Below, in pieces: positions 61,379 through 64,000 of a stretch of DNA of 64,000 nt (its first letter is position 1; every line of letters starts with the position of its first letter). The notes beneath the pieces were generated by a model. It saw nothing but the letters and a program-made list of their open reading frames with translations, was not told the DNA's origin and searched no databases. The DNA comes from the human T2T-CHM13v2.0 reference genome, Homo sapiens: the NCBI RefSeq assembly GCF_009914755.1, contig NC_060942.1, one strand, 5' to 3'. Position numbers and translations under genes: made by a program.

Positions 61379-64000
61379 GAGGAGCTTCAAGATGGTTGCC
61401 TAGAGGCATTTCATATATGCCTCCTTCACTAAGAAGAAACAAAATAGTGAGTAGATATTTTATACTTTCAAAAGATGATTATCCAAGAGAAAACACTAAA
61501 ATTCAATATGAAAGTGACAGGAACTACCTAAAGTAGAAGGAAGAGAGGCATCTGCTCACCTGAAATCAACTGGGTGTCAGATGCCAAGAGAGACTCCTCA
61601 ATACAAGGAAAGAGTAAGTGAGAAACCCTCAACAGTCCACATTTCCAACATGGAGTGTGGCAATCCAAGCCACAGGAAAGCCTCTTCACCCTTCATAGGT
61701 CCTGAAACCAACAAAGGGAGCTGCTGGGAGACCTTGCAATGGCACTGCCCCAGAGAGAGGGCTCACAGTGGGTCCCAAAAAACACCTGGAGATCTAAGCA
61801 GCTACAACAAGCTGCCATTTTCGAGTGCCAGTGGCAACACACTGCACTCTTCCGGGGACTAGTGGTGCTGCAGCTGAGGTGCTAGACAAGCCCTGGCTCT
61901 TGCCTCTGGGGCTTAGATGTGAGCAACCACCAAATATTACTGCGTCTAAGGTGAAAGCACAAAGAAAGTGCAAGCAAGAAGCCAGCTACCACAGCAGGTC
62001 TTAGGTATGAATTCTACTAAAGCTTGGGTGCAAGTGGTGTGCACATTCCCCAGCCACCAGGCTAGGCTGCTGCCACGGAAGGTAGCACCACCCTATCCAG
62101 TAGCAGGGCTGCAGCATAACCACTGCTGCCCACAACCTGAGCATTCTGATGGTGGCCTGGGGATCACCCCACCCCTGCCTACCATGCTGACACCCACACA
62201 CACCATCAGGAGGCCTGAAGATGAGCTCACCTGGCCCAGTGTTGCCCAACTTCTCCCATCCCAGAGCACAGACTTTGGAGGCAAAAAGATTGCTTAGCCA
62301 AGTCCACCACCACTGCACATGAACACTCCTCCTGGGGCCTGAGGTTGGGACTACCCACCCAGCTACCACCACAGCTGGCATCTATCTGCACATAGCACCT
62401 GTGAGCATTGAGACTGGCCCACTCGGCTCATCACAGTCCCACTGCCAATATAAGCACTCACCACGTGGGATCCAGATAGTTGTCCTGTTACCTTCACCCA
62501 TGCCATTCTAGCTGTCCAGGGACCTGAGAACCCACCCACCTGGCCCACTGCTGCCTACCAGAATTGGAGTAAGCCACCTGGAGGCTCAAGAATAGGTTTA
62601 CCTGAACCAACAAACACCAGGGTACACCACTCTGGGACCCAAGGACAGGCATCCCAGCCCATTGCTGCCATCACTGGGGCCTAAAGACTGGCCTTCCTGA
62701 CATCCTAGCCCACAGAAAAACTTCATCACAGCCTCCAATAACAATTGCACCCTAAGCCACTGGGAAAATCACAGATACTACTGATGATGTTTACAGTCAA
62801 AGAAGTTTTACAAAGACTACACTACCGCACACATCTAAAATCAAAGCCAAAGTGCCCTGCTCAACCAACACCATAGGTACATATTCAGGAAAAAGTCCTC
62901 CCTGATGAAAGCAAATTCAGAAATTTGGAAAAAATAACTATATACCAGATGCAGAGATATCAATGTAAAGGCACAGGAAACATGAAAAAGCAAAAACGTA
63001 TGACACCTTTAAAGGGCCATAATTTTCCAGCAATAGATCCCAATCAAAAAGAAATTCATGAAATCCCAGAATAAGAAACTAAATTATTGATTCTTAAGAA
63101 ACTCAGTGAGTTACAATAGAAATCTGAAAAACAATTTAAAGAAATCAGAAAAAACAATTCAGGACATGAATGAAAATTTAACAGATAGATATTATTTTAA
63201 AATACCAGAGTTTTAGAACTGAATAATTATTTGAATAAAGTTAAAAATACATTTGAAAGCTTCAGCAATAAACTAGATCAAGCAGAAGAAAAAAATCTCA
63301 GAACTTGAAGACAGGTCTTTCAAAATAACCTTGTCAGAAAAAAATAAAGAGAATAAAAAGAATGAGCAAAGTTTTTGTGACATATGATAAACCCATAAAG
63401 CAATCAAATATTAAAATTATGGGAGTCCCATAAAGCAAAGAGAAAATTGAAGCATTCTATAACTTATTAAATAGATAATAAATGAAAACTCCCCAATTTA
63501 GGAAGAAATTTAGACATTCAGATATAGGAGGTTCTGAGATCCCCAAACAGATAAAATGCAACAAGATCTTCATGGCACATTATAGTCAAACCAGCTTAAG
63601 TCAAAGATAAATAGGGAATTCTAAAAAGAGCAAGAGAAAAGCATGTAGTCACCTATAAAGGAACACTCCATTAGACTAATAGAATTCTCAGCAGAAATCT
63701 TATGGGCCAGTAGAGAATAGGATGACATATTCAAAGTGCTAAAAAGAAAAAAAAAATCACGAAGGATACTATACCCAGCAAAATTAACCCTCATAAATGA
63801 AGGAGAAATAAAATTTTTCCCAGACAATTGAAAGCAAAGGAAATTCATTAGCACTAGACTCTCCCTACGAGAAATGCTCAAGGCAGTCTTCAACCCAAAA
63901 GCGAAAGGACAGCATTTACCATCATGAAAACACGTTGTAACTAATACTCACTGGTAAAGCAAACAGACAAATGAGGAAGAGAAAGGACTCAATGATAACA
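61379..64000 (+). mobile_element. L1 (L1MA/L1PB-age) 5'UTR and decayed ORF1, running off the window
   Basis: ggagcttcaagatgg start; GC-rich 5'UTR; ORF1 motifs (ctagatcaagcagaagaa, tatacccagcaaaatta, tcattagcactagac). Confidence 0.85.

Noticed and set aside
61581-62548. GC-rich region with several ORFs, resembling a promoter or exon cluster
   Set aside because: It is the 5'UTR of the L1 starting near 61379

Overview
This is AT-rich, CpG-poor primate DNA, very likely human. It lies inside a large minus-strand gene that I recognise from its peptide as NOL4 (nucleolar protein 4; chr18q12 from memory). Only one coding exon is present: 49126-49409, minus strand, 284 nt, with canonical AG/GT boundaries. 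The rest is intron packed with old transposable elements: Alus, L1M/L1PA, L2, MIR, a near-complete Tigger1, MER DNA transposons, THE1/MST/MLT/MER4/LTR33 LTRs, a deleted MLT2/ERV-L provirus and a Y3 RNA retropseudogene. The other ORFs in the track are repeat-derived or chance. I see no new protein-coding system. The unexplained structure is a set of locally templated copies: a 160-bp ~95%-identical inverted repeat of apparently unique DNA (58712-58871 / 60251-60410); a ~400-bp inverted self-copy inside an old L1 with a second short template switch; a 46-bp direct copy of unique DNA inserted into an L1; a fold-back hairpin at an L1 5' end; and a probable 'ghost' Alu reduced to 11 nt between its target-site duplications. 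Repeat subfamily names and many boundaries are by eye from remembered consensus sequences and are approximate.
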